A DNA stretch of 64,000 bases, taken from NCBI RefSeq assembly GCF_964213995.1, contig NC_135820.1, forward strand, positions 496,001 through 560,000, read 5' to 3'. The first letter of the stretch is position 1. The number at the start of each line of letters is the position of its first letter. Shown piece after piece: positions 49,301 to 62,029 of the stretch. The DNA is from Mustelus asterias (taxonomy: Eukaryota). The position numbers and the translations under genes were made by a program. Under the pieces are notes generated by a model that did not search any database, was not told where the DNA came from, and saw nothing but the letters and a program-made list of their open reading frames with translations.

Positions 49301-50060
49301 TTCTTTGCTTTGTTAGCCTTCCCCAAGTGCATTACCTTAATTCTCCTTTTGAATTTGCCAATGATGTGCCCATCTGACCAGTCCATTGATATCCACCTGC
49401 AGTCCACAGCTAACCTCTTCACTATTTACCACGCTACTAATTTTTGTACCATTTGCAAACTTCTTGACCATATCCCTTACATTCCAGCCCAAATCATGAA
49501 TGTACACCAGCACATAGCAAGGGCCCCAGCACGGAGCCCTGTGTAACCCCTGCTCTTGTATTCATCTCCACATCATAACCCCACTGGAGACAGGCTTTAT
49601 GTTACAGAAACATCCCTGCACCATCATTCTCTGCTTCCTGCCTCTCAGCCAATTTTGGATCCAATGTGCCACTTTGCCTTGGATCCCATGGGCCATTACT
49701 TTCTTGACTAGACTGCCATGAGGGACCTTATCAAAAGCTTTGCTAAAGTCTATTTGGCAACATCAAATGCATTACCATCATCAACACTCCTGGTTACCAA
49801 CTCAACAGAGTTTGATGAAATTTGTCGAACATGACCTTCCCTGAAGAAATCCATGCTGACCATCCCTGATTAATCTGTGTCTATCCAAGGGCAGATATGT
49901 CCTGTCCCTCAGGATTCTTTCCAGTGACCTTCCCACCATGGGGGTTAGACTGACTGGCCTGTAATTTCTTGGTCTATCACGACCTCCCTTTTTGATAATG
50001 GGACAAGTTTAGCAATTTTTCATCCTGTGGCACCACACCCATGGCTAGACACGATTTGAA
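46360..50060 (-). mobile_element. Stack of minus-strand CR1 fragments with a V-SINE at 48958-49257
   Basis: [30 protein letters not shown]; several 3' tails. Confidence 0.85.
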
Positions 50061-50094
50061 AATTACTACCAGTGCTCCAGTTTCAATAAGGTCA

Positions 50095-50890
50095 CATCCC
50101 ATTTTCCCGCCCATTTTTTGGGCATACTTACCTGAATGAATCTCCGAAACTCTGTGCATCACAGAGTGCCTCAGAGGGATTCACGCTGGAAACTGGGGGT
50201 GTGGGGACTCATCCAGCCCGAGAGGCTGGAAGCATAGTGCTCATTGGTTCACTGTGCATGTGCCAATCTGTCAGTGGGGAGATCGGCGCATGCGCACTAG
50301 CCCCCCAACACCCCCCTGCTTCCCAATTGGTGGCCTTCCCAACGCCGCCCCCCCCCCCCCCCCCGCCGCCCCTTGATCGCAGTTCTACTGGATTCCACCC
50401 AGGCCAGTCCGATCTCTGCCCCCCCCCCCCCCGCCAACTCCCCCACCTCCACTACTTGCCGGATGCAACCTCACCATCACTCCCTCCTCCACCGATTGCA
50501 CTGCAGAATGGCAGAGCGTCCCCCCACCGCAGCACTGATCCCTTCTCCAGTAACCCCCGTCCCCTCTGGCCCGGCCCCCTTGGCATTGCCTGGTGCCCCT
50601 CGGCACTGCCCAGTTCCCCTTGGGCAGTGCTAGGCTGCACCTGCCTGCACCAGCCCCCCCAGGAGGGTCTCAATGGCTTCTGTCCCCGCCAGCGGGTGAG
50701 CATGTCTGCTCCCTGTTGGTGGGAAGCAGTTGTAAACCCCGCTGGTGGGAACTACCCCTGGTGGGTTGGGGGGACATTAGCGAGCTCAGAGACTGTCCGA
50801 TTTCACTATGCTAATCAGCACCGCGCGCCAGTCACAAGTCCTGGTAAAGGTCCCCCACTGATGTCTCCTGGCCACTCCGTGAGCGGCCAA
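50095..50890 (+). mobile_element. GC-rich MITE-like element (same family as 190-755)
   Basis: CACTGTGCATGTGCCAATCTGTCAGTG, poly-C tracts, GGCACTGCC motifs. Confidence 0.6.
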
Positions 50891-51072
50891 GGATTCAACA
50901 TTATCTCTGTTTATCTTGTCCAGATGCTACCAGACCTGCTGAGCTTTTCCTGCTTTTCTTCCAGATTTTCACCATTCACAATATTTTGCTTTTATGATGG
51001 TGCTTATGGGATTTTGCTGTGCACAATGTCGACTACTATTGCTAACGTGCAATTAATTGTATCTGTACTCAC

Positions 51073-51366
51073 ATTGCACAATCAGCGTGAAGATCCGCTT
51101 CGATGAAACAGATGGAGATCTCACTCTACAGGTGAGATTGTGTCCGTGGTGCTTGAGTGATGGGATCAGGGTCAGAACAGAAGTATAGGTCAGAGTGACA
51201 CCATGCTGAGTTACAGTGTTTGAGACTGACCCAGGTACGTCAGTGGGAGTGTCCCAGGTTAAGACAGGTGCTGTTCCATTGCACGTTGTGTTGAAGGTGC
51301 AGCTTATGTCCACACGCTTTCCTGCAATAATTTCAGCAGGGAATATCGTGGGTTTATCTGTGAAAT
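51073..51366 (-). CDS. Siglec-like gene, exon 3 (C2-set Ig, domain 2)
   Basis: DFTDKPTIFP...ISCTFNTTCNGTAPVLTW...SVLTLIPSLKHHGHNLTCRV, typical of Siglec domain 2; 294 bp, phase 1-1. Confidence 0.93.
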
Positions 51367-52034
51367 CTAACACACAGAGAATGGATCCTTTTAGATAAAT
51401 ATAACATGAAGCATCAGTTCAAATAGAAATCACAGCCCCACAAGAGAAAGCACTGTTACAAGGAGGAAATCTGACCTGAGATTACAGTGATCATTAAAGA
51501 ATTTCCTATTTTTAGACTTGCTGAAACTCTGTCAGCAGCTTAAAACCAGAAAATTCCACCTGAGGTCAACAGACCTTTGCATAGTTCGCTCCCCCATCTG
51601 CTACAATTCCTGCGGCAGGCGGGATGGAAAAAGTTGCCCCCGTTTCTCTTTACACAGATGCTGCCAGACCTGCTGAGTTTTTCCAGCATTTTCGGTTTTA
51701 ATTTCAGATCTCCAGCATTTGCAGTGATTTGCTTTTACTGGAATCAGATAATCAGGTTATTGATCACATTCCTATTTGTGGGAGCTTGCTGTGCATAAAT
51801 TAGTCACTAATAAATCCAGTCAGGAATTCAGAAGGTACTTATGTGAAATTCAGGAATTAGTCCATTAGCTGTGAACAGATTTTGGTGTCCTGAGGTGGCT
51901 CTCGAAAAAAGGACTCTATTGTCAACATCTGTCAAGGGACAAGATCTACATGCATTTGGATAGGCAAGGACTGATTGGGAAATCATGTCTTACAAAATTC
52001 TCTACAGTTTTTTGAACGGGTGACCAAGAAAATA

Positions 52035-54981
52035 GAGTTGTAGTCCAGAAGTCAGTGAGGGTGGTGAGGTATTGGGGAAGTATCAGGGTCAAGGGTGGGT
52101 ACTGGTAGACAGGAAGGTGGGTTGAAGTGTGTCTACTTCAATGCAAGGAGCATCCGGAACAAGGTAGATGAACTTGGGGCGTGGATTGGTACTTGGGACT
52201 ACGATGTTGTGGCCATTACGGAGACGTGGGTAGAACAAGGACAGGAATGGTTGTTGGACGTTCCGGGGTATAGATGTTTCACTAAGTGTAGGGAAGCTGG
52301 TAAAAGAGGTGGAGGAGTGGCATTGTTAATCAAGGAGAGTTTAACGGCTGCGGAAAGGCACTTCGTGGGGGATCTGCACACTGAGGTAATATGGGCTGAA
52401 GTTAGAAATAGGAAAGGAGCGGTCACGTTGCTAGGAGTTTACTATAGGCCCCCAAATAGTAATAGAGATGTGGAGGAAGAAATTGCTAAGCAGATTATGG
52501 ATATGTGTGGGGGTCACAGGGTAGTTGTCATGGGGGACTTTAACTTTCCAAATATTGATTGGAACCTTTGTAGGTCAAATAGTTTGGATGGGGCAGTTTT
52601 TGTGCAGTGTGTGCGGGAGGGTTTCCTGACACAATATGTGGATGGGCCGACTAGAGGTGAGGCCACATTGGATTTGGTACTGGGAAATGAACCGGGCCAA
52701 GTGTTAGATTTGGTTGTGGGAGAGCAATTTGGAGATAGTGACCACAATTCGGTGTCTTTTGTTATTGCAATGGAGAGGGATAGGGCCGTACGGCAGGGCA
52801 AGGTTTACAATTGGGGGAGGGGTAATTATGATGCGATTAGGCAAGAATTAGGGGGCATAAGTTGGGAACAGAAACTGTCAGAGAAAGGAACTAATGAAAA
52901 GTGGATCTTTTTCAAGGAACAAATACTGGATGTCCTTGATAGGTATGTTCCTGTCAGGCAGGGAGGAAATGGCCGAGTGAGGGAACCATGGTTCACAAAA
53001 GAGGTGGAATGTCTTGTGAAAAGGAAGAGGGAAGCTTATGTAGGGATGAGGAAACAAGGTTCAGATGGCTCAATTGAGGGTTACAAGTTAGCAAGGAATG
53101 AGCTGAAAAAGGGGCTTAGGAGAGCTAGGAGGGGACATGAGAAGTCCTTGGCGGGTCGGATCAAGGAAAACCCCAAGGCTTTTTACTCTTATGTGAGGAA
53201 TAAAAGAATGACCAGGGTGAGGTTAGGGCCGGTCAAGGACAGTAGTGGGAACTTGTGTATGGAGTCAGTAGAGATAGGCGAGGTGATGAATGAATACTTT
53301 TCTTCAGTGTTCACAAAGGAGAGGGGCCATGTTTTTGAGGAAGAGAAGGTGTTACAGGCTAATAGGCTGGAGGAAATAGATGTTCGGAGGGAGGATGTCT
53401 TGGCAGTTTTGAATAAACTGAAGGTCGATAAGTCCCCTGGGCCTGATGAAATGTATCCTAGGATTCTGTGGGAGGCAAGGGATGAGATTGCAGAGCCTTT
53501 GGCGTTGATCTTTGGGTCCTCGCTGTCCACGGGGATGGTGCCAGAGGACTGGAGAATGGCGAATGTTGTTCCTCTGTTTAAGAAAGGGAATAGAAATGAC
53601 CCTGGTAATTATAGACCGGTTAGTCTTACTTCGGTGGTTGGTAAATTGATGGAAAGGGTCCTTAGGGATGGGATTTACGACCATTTAGAAAGATGCGGAT
53701 TAATCCGAGATAGTCAGCACGGATTCGTGAAGGGCAAGTCGTGCCTCACAAATTTGATAGAATTTTCTGAGGAGGTAACTAAGTGTGTTGATGAAGGTAG
53801 GGCAGTTGATGTCATATACATGGATTTTAGTAAGGCGTTTGATAAGGTCCCCCATGGTCGGCTTATGATGAAAGTGAGGAGGTGTGGGATAGAGGGAAAG
53901 TTGGCCGATTGGATAGGTAACTGGCTGTCTGACCGAAGACAGAGGGTGGTGGTCGATGGAAAATTTTCGGATTGGAGGCAGGTTGCTAGAGGTGTGCCGC
54001 AGGGATCAGTGCTTGGTCCTCTGCTCTTTGTGATTTTTATTAATGACTTAGAGGAGGGGGCTGAAGGGTGGATCAGTAAATTTGCTGATGACACCAAGAT
54101 TGGTGGAGTAGTGGATGAGGTGGAGGGCTGTTGTAGGCTGCAAAGAGACATAGATAGGATGCAAAGCTGGGCTGAAAAATGGCAAATGGAGTTTAACCCT
54201 GATAAATGTGAGGTGATTCATTTTGGTAGGACAAATTTAAATGTGGATTACAGGGTCAAAGGTAGGGTTCTGAAGACTGTGGAGGAACAGAGAGATCTTG
54301 GGGTCCATATCCACAGATCTCTAAAGGTTGCCAGTCAAGTGGATAGAGCTGTGAAGAAGGCCTATAGTGTGTTAGCTTTTATTAACAGGGGGTTGGAGTT
54401 TAAGAGCCGTGGGGTTATGCTGCAACTGTACAGGACCTTGGTGAGACCACATTTGGAATATTGTGTGCAGTTCTGGTCACCTCACTATAAGAAGGATGTG
54501 GAAGCGCTGGAAAGAGTGCAGAGGAGATTTACCAGGATGCTGCCTGGTTTGGAGGGTAGGTCATATGAGGAAAGGTTGAGGGAGCTAGGGCTGTTCTCTC
54601 TGGAGCGGAGGAGGCTGAGGGGAGACTTAATAGAGGTGTATAAAATGATGAAGGGGATAGATAGAGTGAACGTTCAAAGACTATTTCCTCGGGTGGATGG
54701 AGCTATTACAAGGGGGCATAACTACAGGGTTCGTGGTGGGAGATACAGGACGGATATCAGAGGTAGGTTCTTTACGCAGAGAGTGGTTGGGGTGTGGAAT
54801 GGACTGCCTGCAGTGATAGTGGAGTCAGACACTTTAGAAACATTTAAGCGGTTATTGGACAGGCACATGGAGCACACCAGGATGATAGGGAGTGGGATAG
54901 CTTGATCTTGGTTTCTGATAAAGCTCGGCACAACATCGTGGGCCGAAGGGCCTGTTCTGTGCTGTACTGTTCTATGTTCTA
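52035..54981 (+). mobile_element. CR1 family B LINE with an uninterrupted 936-aa ORF2 (52095-54905; APE endonuclease + RT), ORF1 absent; nested in an older CR1 (51925-55790)
   Basis: CVYFNARSI, GDFN, SDH, FADDTK in one frame; (TTCTATG) tail. Confidence 0.97.
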
Positions 54982-55176
54982 TGAGGCCAGTGCCGTAGAT
55001 GTTGTCTACATGGACTTTAGCAAAGCCTTTGACAAGATACCACATGGTAGACTGGTCAGTAAGGTTAGATCAGATTGGATCCAGGGATAACTAGCCAATT
55101 GGCTTGTTGGTAGGAGACAGAGTGTGGTGGTAAAGGATTGCTTTTCAGACTGGAGGCATGTGACCAGCAGTGTGCA

Positions 55177-55315
55177 TGATGTGGAGATGCCGGCGTTGGA
55201 CTGGGATAAACATAGTAACAGTTTTAACAACACCAGGTTAAAGCCCAACAGGTTTATTTGGTAGCAAATACCATAACCGGTATTTGCTACCAAATAAACC
55301 TGTTGGACTTTAACC
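55177..55315. mobile_element. Penelope-like fold-back insertion
   Basis: Arms 55236-55272 and 55279-55315; flanking duplication ACCAGCAGT(G/A)TGC. Confidence 0.75.
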
Positions 55316-56179
55316 AGCAGTATGCCGCAGGGATTGGTGCTGGGTCCACTGTTGTTTGTCATTTATATAATCGATTTGGATGAGAATATGGGAGGCATGG
55401 TTAGTAAGTTTGCAGATGACACCAAAATTGATGGTGTAGTGGACAGTGAAGAAGGTTTCCTCAGACTACAACAGGATCTTGAGCAACTGGGTCAGTGGGC
55501 TGAGGAATGGCAGATGGAGTTTAATTCAGATAAATGCGAGGTGTTGCATTTTGGTAAAACAAATTAGGGCAGGACTTGCACAGTCAATGGTAGGACCCTG
55601 GGGAGTGTTGTTGAACAGAGAGACTGAGGGGTGAAGGTACATAGTTCTTCGAAAGTGGTGTCACAGGTAGACTGGGTGGTGAAGAAGGCATTTTGCACAC
55701 TTGCCTTCATCAGTGAGAGCACTGAGTACAGGAGTTGTGAAGTTATGTTACAACTGTACAAGACATTGGTAAAGCCACATTTGGAGTAAAGAACAAAGAA
55801 CAAAGAAAATTACAGCATGGGAACAGACCCTTCGGCCCTCCACGCCTGCACAAAACATACTGCCGGACTTAACTAAAACCCTGTACCCTTCCGTGGACCA
55901 TATCCTTCTATTCCCATCCTACAAAAACAAAGAAAAGGAAAGAACAAAGACTGCGTACAATTCTAGTTGCCCTGCTATCGGAAGGTTGTTTAATCATTGA
56001 CATTAAAATGAGTATTAGAGGTTGCTTTCGGACTGAACTGGAAGTTATCACCAGGTTATTGATAATCAGACACTGCGTTATAATAAGCTGTGTTTTGTTT
56101 TAATTTGTAAACCTCATCATCTGGGTTATTTTCCATCGAGTGTTGAATGTGAATTGTTGAGTAATAACACAGAACTTAC

Positions 56180-56542
56180 CAAAAACATGAATCTGGGTTA
56201 CAGGATAGTTATGGTTTGGACCCTTGTGAAATTCTACTCTGAAAAAATAAGGTCCTGCATCTTCCCGTCTGACGTTGTTTATAATCAGGGAACAGTTGCC
56301 ATCTTTCAGGTTTCCAGACAGCCGGGTCCGATGGCGGAATTGTACTGCCTCAAAAATATGATTCCTGGAGTGAAAGGCTATAGACGATACATCCAATGTC
56401 TTGCTATTAAACCAGACTCCACCCCGCGGTTGGTTTGCCAAGTGTGATGGATAACTGTAATGACATGGAATCTGTACACATGAACCTTCGAAAGCTGTCA
56501 CCTCTCGTGGTGTATCGCCTTTCCAATCCTGTGATAACCCAA
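56180..56542 (-). CDS. Siglec-like gene, exon 2 (V-set sialic-acid-binding domain)
   Basis: W..TPREVTAFEGSCVQIPC...W...RTRLSGNLKDGNCSLIINNVRREDAGPYFFRVE: Siglec SCVxIPC, GNCSL and YFFR (essential Arg) signatures; 363 bp, phase 1-1. Confidence 0.95.
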
Positions 56543-57810
56543 CTGGGGAGAGAAATATAAACATTTAACACTGCATTGTTTGTAGATCCACGAAAGTCAA
56601 TATTCACCCCCTCTGTCACTGAGCACAGTGGCTTCAGTGTGGACCATCTACAGGACACACAAGGAACTCCCCAAGGTTTCACAATGGATGGAAGAGAATC
56701 CTGGACACAGGAGTGGACAAGTTCATTCTACATTGACCCATGGTCTTCAGGACCCTGTTTAATGAAGCCAATCTTCCACCCAACACAATGTCTACAAGAC
56801 GCACCAATGGAGATACATTCAGTGCTGATTGACAAGGCAGGACAATGGATGAGGAGCCGTCAGAACTCCCATCATCATAACCATCACGAATCACTGATTA
56901 GCCTCACCTCCCTGCAAGATCTTCAAAAAGCAGATTGAATCAGATTAGTGAGTTTAGTTTTTTAGAGGATGAGGCTTTGCTGGCTGGGCCAAAATTTATT
57001 GCCTTACCATAAGAATGTCCTTGTGAGCCACCTCATTGTCTAAAGGATTATTTCTGATCCAAACACCCCCATTGTTGTAGCACTGATTCCGATGCAGCAT
57101 TGTAGGCTGATTTGTTCCCAAGCTCAGCGCTGACCCGACTCCAGCAGATACTGAAACACATGGGCAAAGTGCCTCTAGCCTGAGCTCTGGCTGTGTTGAG
57201 AGCAAAGACATATATGCAAACTGAATATTTGACACCTTCAAACACAGCTTTGCTTCTCTATTTCAGTTATCTTGCACCTTTATCAAAGTTTCTAGCATGC
57301 TGAGAGTGGACAGGAAGTGTGATGCTGAACAGTCTGTCTATTCTCGGAGCTGCTGTGTTGTCAAATGGGAAATTCTGACAACAATGAGCGGAACACACAT
57401 TTCTGGACATTCCTATCAGAGTCTGAGCATCAGGATAGACTTGAACACTCCATTTGTATCCATTCATCTCATCTCAACCCATTGGCTCTATCACTCTATC
57501 ATAGATCACCTCCTAGTTCAGCTAGCCTCCATTTTAAGATCCTCATCCTTGATTGGCAATTTGTCCATTACCCCCCAACTCCACTGTCTATCTCTAACCT
57601 CCTCCAGCCCTGCAACCCTCAGATCTCTGCTCTCCTCTAACTCTGCTGTCGGACGGGGAGTCAGTGAGCACAGAGTGATGGGCGAATGGGACTTGGTGTG
57701 AGTTTGTACACTGGGTCACTGCTGAATTGGTTTCCAATCAGAGCTCAATAAGAATGGTCTTTTACAAAGACTATTGACTATAAATCTGTCCGAGCTGACG
57801 CTGATATTAC

Positions 57811-57850
57811 CTTGGAGAAGTGACAGGAGGAAGTAAGATTTCCCAATCAT
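57811..57850 (-). CDS. Siglec-like gene, exon 1 (leader): MIGKSYFLLSLLQ
   Basis: ATG at 57850, CAAG|GTAATA donor in phase 1, joins VGLSQDW; upstream acceptor at 57893 suggests a 5' UTR exon. Confidence 0.8.
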
Positions 57851-58231
57851 TGTCCAGTCCCAGATATTTCACCAGCTTCTCACTCTCAAGCTCTGAAAGA
57901 GAAAGGAGTTAATGAGACCTCACCTCTTGTCCGACAGCTCTCGAGAGATCAGAACTGCTTTTAGTCAATGTCTTCACAGATTAATTGGATTCTGTGTGGG
58001 ATGATAGGTGCTCTGCAGAGAGTTACAAGGCTTTAAGAAAGAGAAACAATGAAGGACTGCATTTCTATAGCGCCTTTCACCATCTCAGGATGTCTCAAAC
58101 CTCATCCCTTGAACTAGAAAGATGTTCTGTATGACACATTTAAGCCTTATACTTAGATCTCAATAATCAGCAGAAATCTTTCAATGCGCCAAGACTGTGA
58201 ATGAAGACCTCCTCCTGTTCCCATAAAGCAG

Positions 58232-58338
58232 TCATGATGTGGAGATGCCGGCGTTGAACTGGGGTAAACACAGTAAGAAGTTTAACAACACCAGGTTAAA
58301 GTCCAACAGGTCTTTAACCTGGTGTTGTTAAACTTCTT
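58232..58338. mobile_element. Penelope-like fold-back insertion
   Basis: 27-bp arms 58275-58301 and 58312-58338; TSD TTCCCATAAAGCAG at 58218-58231 and 58337-58350. Confidence 0.8.
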
Positions 58339-58466
58339 CCCATAAAGCAGGCCAGAGGCGACTGAATGGCCTCCTTTTCATGTTTAAAGGTGCTGGGGTA
58401 GATGCAAGCAATGGCATGTATCTATCAATCTCTCTCTCTCTCGCTCTCTAACCCCTACCGTGTAGA

Positions 58467-59500
58467 ATGGATCTCAGACTCATTGATCTAGAGCTGGCTA
58501 TCATGGTGGCAGCGGAAGAGGAGAAGGCGGCGGCTCAGGAGGTGGAGGATGTAGGGAGGCCACTCCAGGAGCAGCCAGTGGCAGGCCCTCAGGAAAGAGG
58601 GCAGGGGGCTGCCGCTGTTGGCCATGAGGTGGGAGAGCAGTGTCCTGAAAGGGTGAAGTTGACAATGGCACTTCTATGCAAAAGGATCATTTTAGGCACC
58701 CAGTGGCAGTGGTGGGATCTCAAAGGCGTCAGTGCAGAGATGTGTTCGCCAGGTTACAGAATCTTGTTCACTCGGGCAGGCCAATAAATACACTTTGATG
58801 TTGGACAAGGTCAGCAGGAGGCCCGGGCTGCAAGCTCCCTCGCCATTGCTGGGATGCCCCATGTCCAGGGGGCAGTGGACGGGACACACATTGCCTTGAG
58901 GTCCCCACAAGCTGAGGGGCAACCATTCATCAACCGAAAGGGGTTCCACTCCCTCAATGTCCTAATCATTTGCGACAACTAGATGATCATCATGCAGGTG
59001 AGTGCACACCACCCAGGGAGTGTCCATGACAGCTTTGTGCTGAGGAGGTCGGACATCCTTGGGCTCTTCAAGACCAGCCCAGGCTGCCAGGAAGGCGCGT
59101 GGGGGACAAGGGCTACCCGCTAAGGTCATGGCTGATGACGCCTGCGCAGAGGCCCGAGACCAAGGTGGAGGCCTGTTCCAATGAGGCCCACGCTGCTACC
59201 TGCTCCGTAGTAGAGCGTTGCATAGGCCTGCTAAAGATGAGATTCCGCTGCCTGGACTGTTCTGGGGGTGCCCTCCAGTGTGACCCTGAGCATGTCTCCC
59301 TCATGATCATCGTCTGCTGCATCCTGCACAACATCGCGCAGCAATGGGGAGACCAGCTGAAGGAGGAGGAGAAGGAGGATTGTCACCAGCAGGACTGGAG
59401 GACCTGCCATATAAGGAGCGGGATGATAGAAAGCAGGCGATGATGACAGGGGTCCAGCAGGGCAGGGCAGCAAGGGAGGCCCTATAGCAGCCTGCTTTAC
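58467..59500 (+). mobile_element. PIF/Harbinger transposase pseudogene (HARBI1-like DDE)
   Basis: VQGAVDGTHIAL, FINRKGFHSLNV, PGSVHDSFVL, GDKGYPLRSWLMTP, VERCIGLLKMRFRCLD, CCILHNIA; stops and frameshifts. Confidence 0.92.
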
Positions 59501-59699
59501 CGAGCTGGTGATGTCCAGTGTGGAGGCTCTCCAGGATACACATCGGAGGTGTCCAGCTGTGATCCACGCCCTGTTGCCCATGATGCCCTTGGCAGCCATC
59601 CCCTGGAGGGCCAAGACCTGGAGGGCCCCGGCTGACTTGCAGGTGACACTGATGTTTCTGTGCCACCCTGTTCACCCAGCTGGCCCTGAGATGCCCCGG

Positions 59700-61420
59700 T
59701 GTGAGGAAGAGGAGGAAATCAGAAGGTCTCAGGACATCCGGAGTCTCCTGTGTGGAAGGCCTCGGCAGGGGCTCTAGCCCTTCCTCCTCCCCCTTGGGCT
59801 ACCCAGAGGCCCTGGAGACACTCCATGCAATGTCAGAGTAGCTGGACTAAGCACCAGAAGCTCCAGCATCACCGGCTCTGCCAGTTCTGGAGGCCCAGAC
59901 GTGTCTGCCCCATGGTCTGTGATCCCTCAGCCCTAGCCCTCTGAGACTCGGCCAAGCTCTGGAGCCCCTATGCTACAGCATTCTCTGAATGAGCTGGGTT
60001 CTGGAGCCCCTCAGCATTATCCCTCTGAGACTGGGCTAAGTTGTCAAGGCTCATAGACACGACCTGCTATGTCTCCAGAATCCTAGTGAGTGCCCCAGCC
60101 ATGGCCAGCACTGTCTCCAACATGCCCCTGGCCACGGACCGATGTGCCTCCAGGATGCCGGCGACACCTTCGGCCGTGGCCCACTGTGCCTCGGCAATGG
60201 CCCGCTGTGTCTCCAGGATGGCCTGGAGCCTATCACCCATGAGGTCGGATCCCTGTGCCATACTTCCCACTGTGGATGCCACCCTTGCAGTGTTTGCCTG
60301 GTTCGCACACTGTGCCGGCACCACCTCTTGTGACAACATTCTTTTTGACTTACAGTCGCAGCAGTGTTGCTGACAGCCTCCAGAAATCCTTGGATTTGCT
60401 GATGCATCTCCACCAGCTAAGGGACGAACGAACCCCAAGGCAGGGCACCTGGCTTGGGGCCAGCTGAATCCTCATCTCCGGCACATTTCCGTGTGCCCAA
60501 GCCCTCGGATATGCCTGCTTCCACCCGGTGTGCATCAGCAGCTGTGAGGTACTGACCAGTAAGTGACTCGAGCCTCAGCACTAACATGACCCACCATGGT
60601 GATAGTCTCTCACTAGTGTTGTCCTCGGAGGATTCCTCAGGGTCTTCCTCTGAAGCGTCCAGTCTCTGGGGGTTATCTTCAGGAGCAGAACAGGTGGGGG
60701 GAGGGGATGGGGAGGGGGGGGCGCGGAGGGGAGGGGGGGGGGCGCCGACACCAGAAGGGCCTGGTGCATCAGGATCTAGCACTGTAAAACAGAGTGCAGC
60801 ATGGCACTTATTGCAAAGAAGACTAAGGAATAGGGTTCAGCTGATGCTCACTTGCATGCCGGAACCAACGTGGCTGCTGGTGACCATTCTCCCCCCGCCC
60901 CATCCGCAACCCCGCCAGCTCCATAGCATGCTGCTCGTACATTGTGAGCATCCACAGCTCTGGGACACCCCCACGAGTCTTCTCCCTCTCATGGCGGTTA
61001 TGCACGTTCTTTTCATAGGGTGATTGAAAGCATGATGTATGGAAGAGCATGGGGTGCAATGTGTGTCGGGGTTGGGGAGCTTTCTGGAAAACGCGTCCAC
61101 ACTAGGGTGGGGTTGGGGCTGATTGCAGTTGGCGGGGGGGGGGGGGGGAGTGGGGGCGGGGGGGCGATGGGGGGTGCACAGGGTTTGGAGGCGATGGCAT
61201 TGGTGGCAGCCCTTGAGGTGTCTGGGGATGTTTTGACATTATAGGCACAGCACATGTCTAGGTTTCAGAATGGGATGCACACTCACTCTTGCAGCCTGAA
61301 GAATGTTATTCATTTTCTTGTGGCACTGCTCCCCAGACCGAGGGGTCAGTGTCCTGATGATGTCACCGCCTCCCAAAATGTGCTTGCCGCGTGACACCTT
61401 GGATGACAGCCCTGAGTGGG
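59700..61420 (-). mobile_element. Harbinger Myb/SANT-like ORF, spliced and decayed, convergent with the transposase
   Basis: RSGEQCHKKMNNILQAAR|GTGAG at ~61285; HNRHEREKTRGGVPE...YEQHAMELAG; Pro-rich and helical-repeat C-terminus. Confidence 0.75.
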
Positions 61421-62029
61421 ATAGAGCTCCACCATTGCAGCTCGCAGGTGGACCTGCTCACTCTCCACAAATCTCGGTGCACTTTTCTTTGGGGCCATCT
61501 TGCTGTCGTGTCTGGCTGTGTGTCCATAATTGCAGTTTATATACAGCTCTGGCTTGTTAAGGGAGTCCAGTGCAGTCAGTTTGGGCGACTAAGGGGTCTA
61601 TTAGGTAAATTTCCTTGAGATTAATGTACAGGCAGCCTGGTTTCAATAGAGGACGAGCCATCTCCAAAGATACTGATTGGGTTAGCTCAACAAGGTACTG
61701 TGACCACGGGTGTTGCAATGCTCAAGGCTCTCACTCTACAAGGCACTTGTGGGGTTGTTGTGGGTTTTAATCAAAAACAAAAGATGTGATTTGCACATGT
61801 AGATTCAAACTAACAAGATATATTCTAGGAGCTCTTGCTTGTACATAGTAGAAAATGAAACTAACAGCAGCCTGTGAAACACCTCAATGGCATCACCATC
61901 AAATCATTTGATCAACTCTGAAAGCAATCATGCAACCTCTTAAATATATAACATTGAGGATATCAAATGCGATATTAACTGCGCCCTCAACATACCCTGC
62001 CACGTTCACTGACCTATACATGTACACCG

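Noticed and set aside
50201-51106. 301-aa Pro-rich ORF (also 163-643 and 22937-23611)
   Set aside because: GC/poly-C-rich repeat sequence; spans unrelated elements and shows no domain signal
58467-59443. Domesticated HARBI1 gene
   Set aside because: Stops and frameshifts plus an adjacent Myb partner indicate a decayed transposon
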